From an uncultured virus (IMG/VR IMGVR_UViG_3300035701_006463) (Duplodnaviria > Heunggongvirae > Uroviricota > Caudoviricetes), in IMG/VR virus record IMGVR_UViG_3300035701_006463: a DNA stretch of 64,000 bases. One strand, 5' to 3'. The first letter of the stretch is position 1. Each line of letters begins with the position of its first letter. The notes under the pieces were generated by a model. It was not told the origin of the DNA. It did not search any database and was given only the letters and a program-made list of their open reading frames with translations. Positions 9,313 to 18,520 of the stretch are shown here, piece by piece. A program made the translations under genes and the position numbers.

Positions 9313-9924
9313 TTGGTAGATGTGTTCGGTAGTGTCTGGGTATTACACCACGAGATACATCTACTCTCCTTGCTGTTTTCTATCATAGTTTTTGCCTACT
9401 TTTTTGTTACCACGAAGGAGTCCCTTATTATTCGAGTCTTATCAGCCGCTTTATTTATGTTTGCGGGTAACTTGTTATGCGAAGTGCCATGGATACTTGG
9501 TTACTACCTCCATGTGGGTGGGCTCGTTTTAGCCCTCGATGTGATTGAGTTCATGCTCGGCGAAATTTTCATACTTTATATTTTTGATAACTTGAGGAGG
9601 AAGGGGTTAAAACTTCCTCGGGTAGATATGAAGAAATGGTTGGTCGTTTTCACGATTGCTTGGGTATCCGTGGCTCTATTGGATAGGCACGGTTTTTACC
9701 CACTTTGGATCGGTTATCTGAATGGGACAGTGTTGGTTGACCCTCACACCGTGTATCCGTTTAATTTGGACTGGTCCATTGGTAAAGCTATCGGCATGTT
9801 GGGTTGGGTATGGATTGCTAGAAGTGAGAAGACTGGAAAGACGGCCGAGGAGGCTGATGTTGGGGTGAAACCTACAAAGCCAATCCCTCCTCCCCGTCCC
9901 AGAATTCAAGGTGAAGAGCTATGA
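9313..9924 (+). CDS. Polytopic membrane protein, distant family A; 3' end contains hairpin copy 3
   Basis: DRHGFYPLWIGYLNG...DPH aligns loosely with the family A motif. Confidence 0.65.
   Translation: MVDVFGSVWVLHHEIHLLSLLFSIIVFAYFFVTTKESLIIRVLSAALFMFAGNLLCEVPWILGYYLHVGGLVLALDVIEFMLGEIFILYIFDNLRRKGLKLPRVDMKKWLVVFTIAWVSVALLDRHGFYPLWIGYLNGTVLVDPHTVYPFNLDWSIGKAIGMLGWVWIARSEKTGKTAEEADVGVKPTKPIPPPRPRIQGEEL
9833..9902 (+). ncRNA. BHB-bounded dual-9-nt-spacer hairpin, copy 3
   Basis: CTGG-AAA-GACGG-CC-GAGGAGG-[CTG ATGTTGGGG TGAAAC CTA CAAAGCCAA TC]-CCTCCTC-C-CCGTC-CCAG, then AAT bulge. Confidence 0.88.
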
Positions 9925-10682
9925 GCGAACAGTTCGGTAGGGTCTATGCAAAGTGTTACGATGTATTGTACGGTGACAAAAACTACAATGACGAGTGTGA
10001 TTTAATCGAAAAGATACTTTCCCAGTATGGTCGGGGTACGGACACCACCATACTGGACATTGGATGTGGTACGGGTGGTCACATGATTCCTCTACTCAAG
10101 GCAGGGTACGATGTGGTTGGTGTTGATCCATCACGCTATATGATAGACGAGGCGGTTAAAAAGGATGCTAGCCTTGTTTCCAGAATTAATGTGGGGAGAC
10201 TTCAAGACTTCAAGTTACGTGGTAGGTTCGAGGCAATAATATGCATGTTCTCTGTGATAAACTACGTGACCGAAACAGATGAGCTAATAAAATCACTCAT
10301 GAACGTTAGGCATCATTTAGCGCGCGGTGGATTGTTCATATTCGATTTCTGGTACGGTCCGGCTGTGATGACCATAAAGCCGGACGCTAGGATTAAAAGT
10401 GTTGAGCACAACGGACTTGTTATTGAGAGGATTGTAGTCCCGGAGTGGGACATCTTTAGCCACATTATTCGGTCTCACTATTATTTACGTGTGATTAAGG
10501 GAGACCATATTGAGGAGGAGGTCAGTGAAACACACACTCTCCGTTACTTTTTCCCACAAGAAGTAATTTGGTGTTTGGGGCAAACTGGGTTCGAGTTAGT
10601 AAAATTCTCGTCCTTCACGGACTTAGATCACCCACCATCCGTTAACGAGTGGGACGCATTGGTGGTAGCGAGGGCGGTTTAA
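9921..10682 (+). CDS. Class I SAM-dependent methyltransferase (sugar MTase-like)
   Basis: YDVLYGDKNY, ILDIGCGTGGH, GGLFIFDFWYG. Confidence 0.9.
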   Translation: MSEQFGRVYAKCYDVLYGDKNYNDECDLIEKILSQYGRGTDTTILDIGCGTGGHMIPLLKAGYDVVGVDPSRYMIDEAVKKDASLVSRINVGRLQDFKLRGRFEAIICMFSVINYVTETDELIKSLMNVRHHLARGGLFIFDFWYGPAVMTIKPDARIKSVEHNGLVIERIVVPEWDIFSHIIRSHYYLRVIKGDHIEEEVSETHTLRYFFPQEVIWCLGQTGFELVKFSSFTDLDHPPSVNEWDALVVARAV

Positions 10683-10683
10683 A

Positions 10684-11340
10684 GTGCTGGCCGTGGTTGT
10701 TCCAGTCCGTGACGAGCCCAAGCTAGGCGAATTTCTCCTCCGGTTACATGAGATACTTGAGACCATTCCCGATCAATACATGGTTTTTGTTGTTGAGGGG
10801 GACAGGGAGAAGTTGTATCCTGATATTCCGGGACTCCCACATCAAAGGGTAGTAAAAACTCACGGGGATAGTTTGGAGAGGAGTATCCTCACTGGATTTA
10901 CCTGCTCAAAATGTGTGGGAGTTGAGAACATAGTGGTCTGCGATGCTGATGAAACCCATCCGACGGAGATTATCCCACGTATGGTCAAGTTGTTGAGTGA
11001 GTACGAGATGGTGGTGGCGTCCCGGTACATTCCTGGAGGAAAATCTGATCTCGGTCCATTCCGTAACTTCGTTTCGTGGTGTTTTGTTAACTGGGCGCGG
11101 TTATTCGGATCAAATTTGACAGATCCTATGGCTGGATTCTTTGCTGTTAGATCGAGCATTGTGGAGAAAGTAAAATTCAAGCCCTTTACTTGGAAAACAT
11201 GCCTTGAAATAGAATTGAAGGCTAGGCCCAGCATCACGGAGATTCCAATCGTGGCAAAAAAGAGGGAAAAGGGCTTATCCAAAGCTAAAGCTATGACGGG
11301 GTTGAGGATACTGTGGGATATATTATCGCACATTTGGTAG
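10684..11340 (+). CDS. GT2 glycosyltransferase, Dol-P-Man synthase-like
   Basis: VVCDADETHP, VVASRYIPGG, TDPMAGFFA. Confidence 0.85.
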   Translation: MLAVVVPVRDEPKLGEFLLRLHEILETIPDQYMVFVVEGDREKLYPDIPGLPHQRVVKTHGDSLERSILTGFTCSKCVGVENIVVCDADETHPTEIIPRMVKLLSEYEMVVASRYIPGGKSDLGPFRNFVSWCFVNWARLFGSNLTDPMAGFFAVRSSIVEKVKFKPFTWKTCLEIELKARPSITEIPIVAKKREKGLSKAKAMTGLRILWDILSHIW

Positions 11341-11364
11341 TGGCTCACATGGAGGCGAAGAGAA

Positions 11365-11613
11365 ATGAGTGACAAAACATCCACCCTTGACAAGATCATC
11401 GCCCTCCTCAACCGCCCGATCAATAAAAACGAACTCAAAACCCTCAAAGACATGGTCCTACTGGCAACGGAGTGTGATGAAGTCCGCAGATACCACCTCA
11501 GACTCAACTTCTTTGTCCAAGTTATCACCACCATCCTGAGCTTCACAGTGATATACCTACTGGGCAAGCTACTAATAGAGTACATCTATGGAGGTAGGCT
11601 CCCATATGTTTAG
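11365..11613 (+). CDS. Small membrane protein
   Basis: 82 aa, C-terminal TM. Confidence 0.55.
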   Translation: MSDKTSTLDKIIALLNRPINKNELKTLKDMVLLATECDEVRRYHLRLNFFVQVITTILSFTVIYLLGKLLIEYIYGGRLPYV

Positions 11614-12388
11614 AGAGGCGCTCTCCGGAATCCTGACTGCACTTACCACAGAGACTAACCTACAATATCACATCGTGATTGCCTTCTCCGTCCTCCTCAC
11701 AGCCCGTCAACTCAATGTCACCTTCACTGAACTGATAATCCTTGTCTTGGTCATCTCCATGGTCATTAGTGCAGAGCTATTCAACACCTCCCTAGAACGC
11801 CTCTGTGACAAGGTCCAGCCCCAACAGGACACCCTCATCCGTGACATAAAGGACATCTCTGCTGGAGCTGTACTAATCATCGTGATAATGTCCATAGTTG
11901 TTGGAACAGTAGTATTCTACCCACATATTTCAAATACAGCAAAAACGAGTGACGAATTACAAATAATCGACAGCGTAGCCTACAAGATAACTATAAATGG
12001 CATTCCAATAAAACAACTAGTATGGAAATCCGTAGAATTTGTTGGTGGTGCAAGTCCCTATCCTTGGGACCTGTGGAGGTCAAAAGGAATCATCAGGTAC
12101 TACTTTATTGAGGACTTGTCCAGTGATAGGGCGGACAACTACAGAGATACTATAATTGGAATTAGCCTGTTGTACCCAACTAATAGTGAGGGTAATAGAG
12201 ACTACCTAACCGGAAAAATCATAGGACAACCTTATGTACTCAACGCCTGCATTTATGTTACTGTGGAGGGTTCATCACCTAAAGTTGTAAGGTACGAAAA
12301 TAAAACAATTGTTGATTATGATTACATTCGTGATTTTGGTGGTGTTGGTTTGGGTTATGCTTATGGGTTACTGTATGTGGAGGTATGA
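11606..12388 (+). CDS. DgkA-family (undecaprenol/diacylglycerol) kinase fused to an unknown C-terminal domain
   Basis: ETNLQYH, SAELFNTSLERLCD, IKDISAGAVL. Confidence 0.85.
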   Translation: MFREALSGILTALTTETNLQYHIVIAFSVLLTARQLNVTFTELIILVLVISMVISAELFNTSLERLCDKVQPQQDTLIRDIKDISAGAVLIIVIMSIVVGTVVFYPHISNTAKTSDELQIIDSVAYKITINGIPIKQLVWKSVEFVGGASPYPWDLWRSKGIIRYYFIEDLSSDRADNYRDTIIGISLLYPTNSEGNRDYLTGKIIGQPYVLNACIYVTVEGSSPKVVRYENKTIVDYDYIRDFGGVGLGYAYGLLYVEV

Positions 12389-12477
12389 GTATTTTAACGG
12401 ATTTTATTAAATCACAGGGAAATGAGGATGATATAATGTTGGTGAGGGCTGGTACAAATTGGTAGGAGAGTGTTAAA

Positions 12478-12639
12478 ATGAAAGGACAACGTTCATGTGC
12501 AGCCTGTGGTGAAGCTGTCCACAGAGGTGAGGGCATCTACTTCGCCGGCTGGCTCATCCACAAGACGTGTAAGGGTAGGGCGATCCTCATGCACCAAACC
12601 GGAGAACGTCCAACATGGGGCGGTAAGCACAAATGGTGA
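12478..12639 (+). CDS. Small Zn-finger protein (53 aa)
   Basis: Hand-translated CAACGEAV...IHKTC. Confidence 0.6.
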   Translation: MKGQRSCAACGEAVHRGEGIYFAGWLIHKTCKGRAILMHQTGERPTWGGKHKW

Positions 12640-13493
12640 CATACGCAGTCCTCATCCCAACACACAACGAGTATAACTATATCTCCTCCTGTCTACAACA
12701 CGTCTTACAACTCCAACCACCTCCCTCCCTCATCCTAGTAGTTGATGATAACTCAACCGATAATACAGTAGGCATAGTCCGTTCTCATCCTTCTGTACGA
12801 CTCCTCTCCCTCCATTACCCCCGTCACCCCACGCGCGGCATCAACCTCTGCTGGGTTATGAACGCCGCGCTTATCAAGATACATCGTCTCCTTCCGTCCT
12901 TCCAGTACCTACTCAAGGTAGACGCAGATTCTCTCACCCCTCCGGACTACTTCTCCAAGCTCAAACAACTACTCGATGCCAACCCACAACTAGGTATTGT
13001 TTCCGGCGTCCCCTCATCTCAACACGTCTCACCACGTCAGGCATCTGACGGAGCAAAACTCTACCGGCGAGCGTGTCTTGATTCCATTACACCTTTCACA
13101 CCTATGCATGGCTTCGACTCGTTTGCTATCCAACAGGCACATTATCAAGGGTGGGAGGTAGATTCCTACCAGTCCGTACAATACCAACAACTCCGTCCGT
13201 TCGGACCTAGAGACTTAATGGGGTGGTTCCTCATGGGGCAAAATCATTTCCTCACAGGATACACCCTCCCGTATATGTTCGCCCTTGTACCTATCCTCTT
13301 CCTAGACCACCCCTACGTACTAGGCAGTCTCGTCATGTTGCTATCCTACTTGGTACTTGAGCTTACCAAGACGAGATTATCAGGCATGGACAATTACTAT
13401 AGGTTTATGTGTCATTACAGTGGTGCGGTTATAACAGAATTTGTGAGTAATAGAATTGGAAGAGGTTCTCCTAAGGAGGCGTGGTTGGGTTGA
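12633..13493 (+). CDS. GT2 glycosyltransferase
   Basis: LIPTHNE, VVDDNSTDNT, KVDAD. Confidence 0.9.
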   Translation: MVTYAVLIPTHNEYNYISSCLQHVLQLQPPPSLILVVDDNSTDNTVGIVRSHPSVRLLSLHYPRHPTRGINLCWVMNAALIKIHRLLPSFQYLLKVDADSLTPPDYFSKLKQLLDANPQLGIVSGVPSSQHVSPRQASDGAKLYRRACLDSITPFTPMHGFDSFAIQQAHYQGWEVDSYQSVQYQQLRPFGPRDLMGWFLMGQNHFLTGYTLPYMFALVPILFLDHPYVLGSLVMLLSYLVLELTKTRLSGMDNYYRFMCHYSGAVITEFVSNRIGRGSPKEAWLG

Positions 13494-13918
13494 ATAGGTT
13501 ACATGGTTTTGTTATTTTTAGCATCCTTATCGGTGCTATAGGTGTCACTCTAATTGCTGAGTACAGGCTGTCTGGTACCGGACGTGTAGCTGCTGTGGGT
13601 CTTCAGGTTTACTCTGGCGTGGATTGTAGTAACCTAATAACGTCTGTAGACTGGGGAATCATCTACCCTGGTGGCAGTATCAATCGTGTAGTTTATGTGA
13701 AAAATACGGGCAATGTTGCTGTTGTTCTTTCTCTGGTCGTACAGAGTTGGGTCCCCATCACAGCACCACAGTACATATCCGTGACGTGGGATGCTGAAGG
13801 TAAAGTGTTGGATGCTGGGAAGACGATGGCTGTTAGTTTAATATGCTCCATATCTACAGAGATCACAGGAATAAATTCTTTCAGTAATGTTATTGTAATG
13901 AAGGGGGTCAGTAAGTGA
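13481..13918 (+). CDS. Secreted Ig/pilin-like protein of a type common in Bathyarchaeia
   Basis: N-terminal TM, then VDWGIIYPG...VKNTGNV...YISVTWD...ITGINSFS; recalled family resemblance. Confidence 0.6.
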   Translation: MVGLNRLHGFVIFSILIGAIGVTLIAEYRLSGTGRVAAVGLQVYSGVDCSNLITSVDWGIIYPGGSINRVVYVKNTGNVAVVLSLVVQSWVPITAPQYISVTWDAEGKVLDAGKTMAVSLICSISTEITGINSFSNVIVMKGVSK

Positions 13919-13942
13919 TGAGAAAAACAGGCGGTTTTTGGT

Positions 13943-13970
13943 CCATAAGTTTATCAATAATAAAATATTA
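13943..13970 (+). promoter_or_regulatory. Class 1 promoter variant
   Basis: CCATAAGTTTATCAATAATAAAA. Confidence 0.6.
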
Positions 13971-13999
13971 TATATTATCGGGAGGGACGGGTAGGTAGG

Positions 14000-14290
14000 A
14001 TGGACAACACAGCACTGGGTGGGGTCATAGTTATAGCCTTAATCTTCATCGTGTATTACATCACGTACATGATCGAGGCAAAAGGCAAGGAAAAGCTCGT
14101 CGATCAGGATGTGCGTAAAAACATGATCGACATGGAGCTGGAGAAGGTCCGTATACAACGCGAAGAGCTAGAGCTCAAGAAGGGTATACTCGCGTACGAG
14201 ACCAAGAAACTGGGTCACAACACCATACGGGCAGAGCATGTCGAGTACAAAGTCCTAGAAGACAAGAAGGACAGAGAGAGGAAAAAGTAA
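14000..14290 (+). CDS. Single-TM coiled-coil protein
   Basis: 96 aa, N-terminal TM. Confidence 0.6.
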   Translation: MDNTALGGVIVIALIFIVYYITYMIEAKGKEKLVDQDVRKNMIDMELEKVRIQREELELKKGILAYETKKLGHNTIRAEHVEYKVLEDKKDRERKK

Positions 14291-14314
14291 CCAATAAATT
14301 TATAAATAATAAAA
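14288..14314 (+). promoter_or_regulatory. Class 1 promoter, identical 27-bp repeat copy 1
   Basis: TAACCAATAAATTTATAAATAATAAAA, identical at 33086 and 36230. Confidence 0.85.
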
Positions 14315-14330
14315 TCTATTATACCATTGA

Positions 14331-14717
14331 GTGGTAATCGAGATGTCGGTTATAGAGCCCAAGGTGGTCTACAAACTCAAGTTCTACGAGAAGGAGAGAG
14401 AACTATTCCCGACGGAATTCAACTTGAAGATCAGCCAGCACGACGTTATCAAGATTGGCAGGAAACTCTCCCGGCATTTTAAGTTCACAGAGCCCGATTT
14501 TTACTTTAGGGGTAGTGTTGACTCTGGCACAGCTATGCTCAGTAGCACCCCGCGGCTGATTAGGCTAGGTATGGACCCATCGTGGGGCATGTTTCTCCAC
14601 GAGTTGAGTCACGTTTACAACAAAGAAAAGTACAACAATTCCCACCACAACAAGCGGCTCATGAAGACTCTAAAACGGTTTATTTTGTATTGTCAAAAGA
14701 AGGATTTTTGGGGTTGA
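14331..14717 (+). CDS. HExxH zinc metallopeptidase-like protein
   Basis: FLHELSHV...HH motif. Confidence 0.7.
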   Translation: MVIEMSVIEPKVVYKLKFYEKERELFPTEFNLKISQHDVIKIGRKLSRHFKFTEPDFYFRGSVDSGTAMLSSTPRLIRLGMDPSWGMFLHELSHVYNKEKYNNSHHNKRLMKTLKRFILYCQKKDFWG

Positions 14718-14721
14718 TTGA

Positions 14722-14892
14722 ATGAAAGCCCAAATATTCTGTTCTTATTGTGGTGTTCTATGTACTTCAGAAGAAAAGGAAGTAACGAGAAATCTCTTCG
14801 ATAAAAATAGGTATCACATAAATATGACTTGTTGGTCTTGTAAGAAGATATTACCAGAAATAACAATTGATCTAGAGGAAGCTGAGGGTTAA
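14722..14892 (+). CDS. Small Zn-finger protein (56 aa)
   Basis: Hand-translated CSYC...CWSC; stop overlaps next ATG. Confidence 0.6.
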   Translation: MKAQIFCSYCGVLCTSEEKEVTRNLFDKNRYHINMTCWSCKKILPEITIDLEEAEG

Positions 14893-15407
14893 TGGATATA
14901 AATGATACTCTCGTGGGGTTGGTTATATTCGGGCTTATAGGTGGGTTGGTGGTAACGGGGGTTAGTTACTACAGATTTACTAACGATACTATCACGGTCA
15001 AGGAGAAATACAATTACGTCGAGGTGCATTCCAGCGGTGATAGTAGTTACTCTAATTTAGAGTTTGTGTTGGTTGATATTCAGGGGAGGACTTTCGCTGT
15101 TGGTTATCCATTCTGGATGATATTCACCAGTAATAAAGCTCTGTACGGTCAGGTAACCGTCGGGGTTACTTACAAGGTGACGTACTTCGGTTGGCGTATT
15201 GAGTGGTTGGGTTTATTCCCCAGTATTGGTTGGTTAGAGCCTGTGGTTAGCAAAACTATTACAGAAGTTGAACCAACAACGTCGTATATATATGTCACAG
15301 CTACTAATAGGACAGTAGTGGGTTTTGGTTACAAGCCATTTTATACGTGGTTAGGTGAGTACTATATTCATCCGGGTGAGAACGGAACAATATGGATTAG
15401 TAGGTGA
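14892..15407 (+). CDS. Secreted or membrane-anchored beta-rich protein
   Basis: N-terminal TM; YKVTYFGWRIEWLGLFPSI. Confidence 0.6.
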   Translation: MDINDTLVGLVIFGLIGGLVVTGVSYYRFTNDTITVKEKYNYVEVHSSGDSSYSNLEFVLVDIQGRTFAVGYPFWMIFTSNKALYGQVTVGVTYKVTYFGWRIEWLGLFPSIGWLEPVVSKTITEVEPTTSYIYVTATNRTVVGFGYKPFYTWLGEYYIHPGENGTIWISR

Positions 15408-15468
15408 GATAAGTGGGTGTTATAATAATCTTGTTGGGGTGGTTAGAGCCTGAGGGAGGTACGTAGGG

Positions 15469-15924
15469 GTGAGTATTAAAAAAGTTTTATTCTACACGGT
15501 TTCCGGAGTTGCATTTTGTTATGTCATGGTGTCATCATTTTCTTGGGCTCAACTTTTAGGAATGTTTATATTTGTTGTGTCACATGAACTAGGACACGCA
15601 GCTGTTGCAGCACATTACGGAGCTTTCAAGGGGTTCGGGTTTCATGGAACAATCGGAACGATTGTGGATTCTTCAAAGGTACCTCCGAAATCGTTGAGGA
15701 CGTTGTACTGTTCTGGGATGTTGGCAAATATAGTTTTTGCACCTGTGATTATACCATTATTATCAATTAAGGGCAGTTTTCTCGTGCAAAACATTCGGTA
15801 CGAGCAGTTCCAAGTATTAGAGTATGTAGCTCTTGTTGTAGTGATGGGTATTTTTGATATTATTAGTATTATTACGGGCAAGGCAATAACGGTAAAAAGT
15901 GAGGTGAAGAGTGAGAATGGGTGA
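15469..15924 (+). CDS. M50-like intramembrane metallopeptidase, paralog 1
   Basis: SHELGHAAVAAHYGAFKGFGF; conserved C-terminal D. Confidence 0.7.
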   Translation: MSIKKVLFYTVSGVAFCYVMVSSFSWAQLLGMFIFVVSHELGHAAVAAHYGAFKGFGFHGTIGTIVDSSKVPPKSLRTLYCSGMLANIVFAPVIIPLLSIKGSFLVQNIRYEQFQVLEYVALVVVMGIFDIISIITGKAITVKSEVKSENG

Positions 15925-16240
15925 AGAGGCTTATAAACCTTTGAAGGGTGAAGGAGAACAGAAAATGATGATCAAGACGAGACGGACCTGTGATATTTGT
16001 GGTAGACCTGCTGATTATTGCCAATCGTTTGTCTTGAATAACGCCAGAAGAAACCCAGCCTCGAAGGGATTCGGTAAAGATGATCTGTCTTGGTGTTCCG
16101 ATGCAGAGGCTTTTTTCTGTGAGGAGCATAAGGATAGGGGGTGGCAACGTAACTACATGGAGGGTTACGAGTCGTGTTCAAAGTTCCCTTTGGATAAGTT
16201 CCCTCACATGGGTCTATACTGGAAGGAGGTAAAGGCGTGA
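15911..16240 (+). CDS. Zn-finger protein
   Basis: CDICG...FCEEH. Confidence 0.6.
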   Translation: MRMGEEAYKPLKGEGEQKMMIKTRRTCDICGRPADYCQSFVLNNARRNPASKGFGKDDLSWCSDAEAFFCEEHKDRGWQRNYMEGYESCSKFPLDKFPHMGLYWKEVKA

Positions 16241-16635
16241 AAATACGTACTCTCCTATCGTCGGCCCTACATTCACCATACGTGGTTCTAGGGGTAGGTT
16301 TTTCTGCTCTGTATTACGCTGGTGGGCTGCCGCCGGTAGTGGCTACGTTGGGGATAATTACTTTCCATGAGTTGGGGCATGCTCTTGCGGCACTTTACTT
16401 TGGGGTGTTTAAAGGATTTGGGTTTAGGGGGGTGAATCCATGTGTGACGTGGGGTGGGTCACTCGGGGCTTATCAATATAGGTTTTTACTACTTAGTGGG
16501 CTTTTATTGAGTTTGGTTGTTTGTCCCTTTCTCACGGGGTTGATACCTGATGGTTGGATACTATATTTAGGTGCTGTTGGGGCATCCACTGTTGATATAG
16601 GAAAGTTTTTACATACGTGGAGGGAAGACGAGTGA
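16237..16635 (+). CDS. M50-like intramembrane metallopeptidase, paralog 2
   Basis: FHELGHALAALYFGVFKGFGF. Confidence 0.7.
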   Translation: MKIRTLLSSALHSPYVVLGVGFSALYYAGGLPPVVATLGIITFHELGHALAALYFGVFKGFGFRGVNPCVTWGGSLGAYQYRFLLLSGLLLSLVVCPFLTGLIPDGWILYLGAVGASTVDIGKFLHTWREDE

Positions 16636-17117
16636 CAAGTGAAAGTGAGGAATACCAAGTACTAAAAGGTAAGCGTGAAAAGGTGAAAGGGCATTACAGG
16701 TACGTAGAGAGGGACTCTTCTGGTAAAATAGTCTCAGCCAAGAAGTGGACACCAAAGAAGAATAAACAACCGAGATACTGGCTACAGTTGAAGTGCCACG
16801 ACTGTGATGCTAGTGTTGGTCAACTGCACGCCCTAGGCTGTGATATGGAAGAGTGCCCGGTTTGTGGTGGACAGTTAATTAGCTGTAATGAAAAACACTA
16901 CAAATTGGTAGAGGCGGGTAAGTTCCCACGTATTCCCTACATACAACCGCTCGTTCAATGTGCTGCGTGCAATTTACTTTTCCCAGACATGTTTCAAGTT
17001 CCCGATGAGGAATGGGACAAGTACGTAATACCACCGTTACAGCACGAGTTCTTATGCCGGGACTGCTACGATGCCATGAAGGAGTTGTTTCCGAATGGGT
17101 GGAGGAACAAGATGTGA
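16632..17117 (+). CDS. Cys-rich multi-Zn-finger protein
   Basis: CHDC...H..GCDMEECPVCGGQLISC, CAAC, CRDC. Confidence 0.7.
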   Translation: MTSESEEYQVLKGKREKVKGHYRYVERDSSGKIVSAKKWTPKKNKQPRYWLQLKCHDCDASVGQLHALGCDMEECPVCGGQLISCNEKHYKLVEAGKFPRIPYIQPLVQCAACNLLFPDMFQVPDEEWDKYVIPPLQHEFLCRDCYDAMKELFPNGWRNKM

Positions 17118-17287
17118 GTGACAGTTTGACTTTGGTGTTGTTTTGTGTTATTGTTGGTATTGTGGTTATTTTTGAGTACTTGCGTAGAGAGTACTGGTCA
17201 CCCCGGAAAGGTAGTGAGGAGGCTGTGCAACCATTGAAAGCTGATGGACTCTTTCCTCCTTACTATCCCGGAAGGGAGGCTTGGTAA
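17114..17287 (+). CDS. Short TM ORF containing hairpin copy 4; possible exon 1 of the next gene
   Basis: GTG at 17114 overlaps upstream stop; MSDSLTLVLFCVIVGIVVIFEY. Confidence 0.55.
   Translation: MSDSLTLVLFCVIVGIVVIFEYLRREYWSPRKGSEEAVQPLKADGLFPPYYPGREAW
17203..17271 (+). ncRNA. BHB-bounded dual-9-nt-spacer hairpin, copy 4
   Basis: CCGG-AAA-GGTAGT-GAGGAGG-[CTG TGCAACCAT TGAAAG CTG ATGGACTCT TT]-CCTCCTT-ACTATC-CCGG, then AAG bulge and CC/GG outer pairs. Confidence 0.88.
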
Positions 17288-18195
17288 TGAATGGACAGTT
17301 GGTGGCACTTTATATTGGGCTTTTTGGTGGCATTGTTAATTTACTCATTGATATACCCGCTGCTTGGAACTACGACTGGTCTACTGGTCCTCCAAGTTAC
17401 CAAGACCTTATTAACACTCGACACCGACATCTCCACACTCCAAGTTTTTGTATCCTCATTACTCTCCCTCTATGGCTCGGCTTTGTCACACTTACCAATG
17501 GACTGGGCGTGGGACAAATACTTCCCGAAACCGACCCAACAATAATAACTATCCTCAACATACTCTACTACATGTTCCCCTACGTTGTTATGATTCTTTA
17601 CGACCTCACCCCGAAAACACCCGAACGAGTTAAAAACATTCTAACGAAAATAGGGTCACTGTCTCTCTTGGCTAGTATCTTTATCTCCTGCTTTTTACTT
17701 GTCCTTTTTGGTTACTACAAGGACGGGCAGTTTGTTGCTATATTTGGGTTCTTACCACCGTATCTAGCTGTTTATTACAGTATTGGGATGTTTGTATGTG
17801 CTTGGGTACTTTTCACTAAAGGCTATTCGTGGTACCACTCCCTGTTACTGGGGTCCGTGGTGGCGTACGTTTCATCATTTTATTGGGAGATACCCGAGAA
17901 TGTCTATTGGTTGTTGATGAGAGGATTCAGCCCAATTGTATTTTTTATCCTCCTTGGAGCTTTCCCATACATCTGGCTTGATAAGAAGCTTGGTTGGGAG
18001 AAGAGTAGAAATAATATCCTTTTTGTTCTGCTAGGTTGGGCAGTTACTACGTATGGCGTCTTAACCATAGAGAGTAATATCTATACCACTCCACTCGGTG
18101 GTCTCTGCTTCCTGTTTTGTCGGGTGGTTTGTTTGGTAGTTTTGATTAGGGTGTTTATCCTAGATAAGGAGAGGATGAGTGATTCTGGTGCTTAA
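17281..18195 (+). CDS. Polytopic membrane protein, paralog family B
   Basis: SFYWEIPENVYW, LLGAFPYIWLDKKLGW shared with 20693..21397. Confidence 0.75.
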   Translation: MVMNGQLVALYIGLFGGIVNLLIDIPAAWNYDWSTGPPSYQDLINTRHRHLHTPSFCILITLPLWLGFVTLTNGLGVGQILPETDPTIITILNILYYMFPYVVMILYDLTPKTPERVKNILTKIGSLSLLASIFISCFLLVLFGYYKDGQFVAIFGFLPPYLAVYYSIGMFVCAWVLFTKGYSWYHSLLLGSVVAYVSSFYWEIPENVYWLLMRGFSPIVFFILLGAFPYIWLDKKLGWEKSRNNILFVLLGWAVTTYGVLTIESNIYTTPLGGLCFLFCRVVCLVVLIRVFILDKERMSDSGA

Positions 18196-18520
18196 GTTCA
18201 CTAATAACGAAATTATCAAGGTTGTGGTTAGTATTCTGAAAAACCAGGTTACTCCCATACCTGTTAGGTGGATACGAGATGAGGTTTTCAAGGAAACTGG
18301 ATTCTTGTTTAGTTCTATTAAAATTGCCAGTATAATCAGTTGTGATGGGAGGGACTATAAAATCGTGCGACGTCCAGCCACAATGAGAGAAGCTATAGCG
18401 ATGTTTGGAGGCACAACGAAGATCTGGGCACGTGGCACTCACGTTTACTGGGTAGATGGGTATGGTGGAGGAGACGTGTGCTCGGATCCAAGGTGTGAGG
18501 ACGTTGAGGTGAAGTTATAA
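18179..18520 (+). CDS. Hypothetical protein, possibly winged helix
   Basis: 113-aa ORF. Confidence 0.5.
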   Translation: MILVLKFTNNEIIKVVVSILKNQVTPIPVRWIRDEVFKETGFLFSSIKIASIISCDGRDYKIVRRPATMREAIAMFGGTTKIWARGTHVYWVDGYGGGDVCSDPRCEDVEVKL

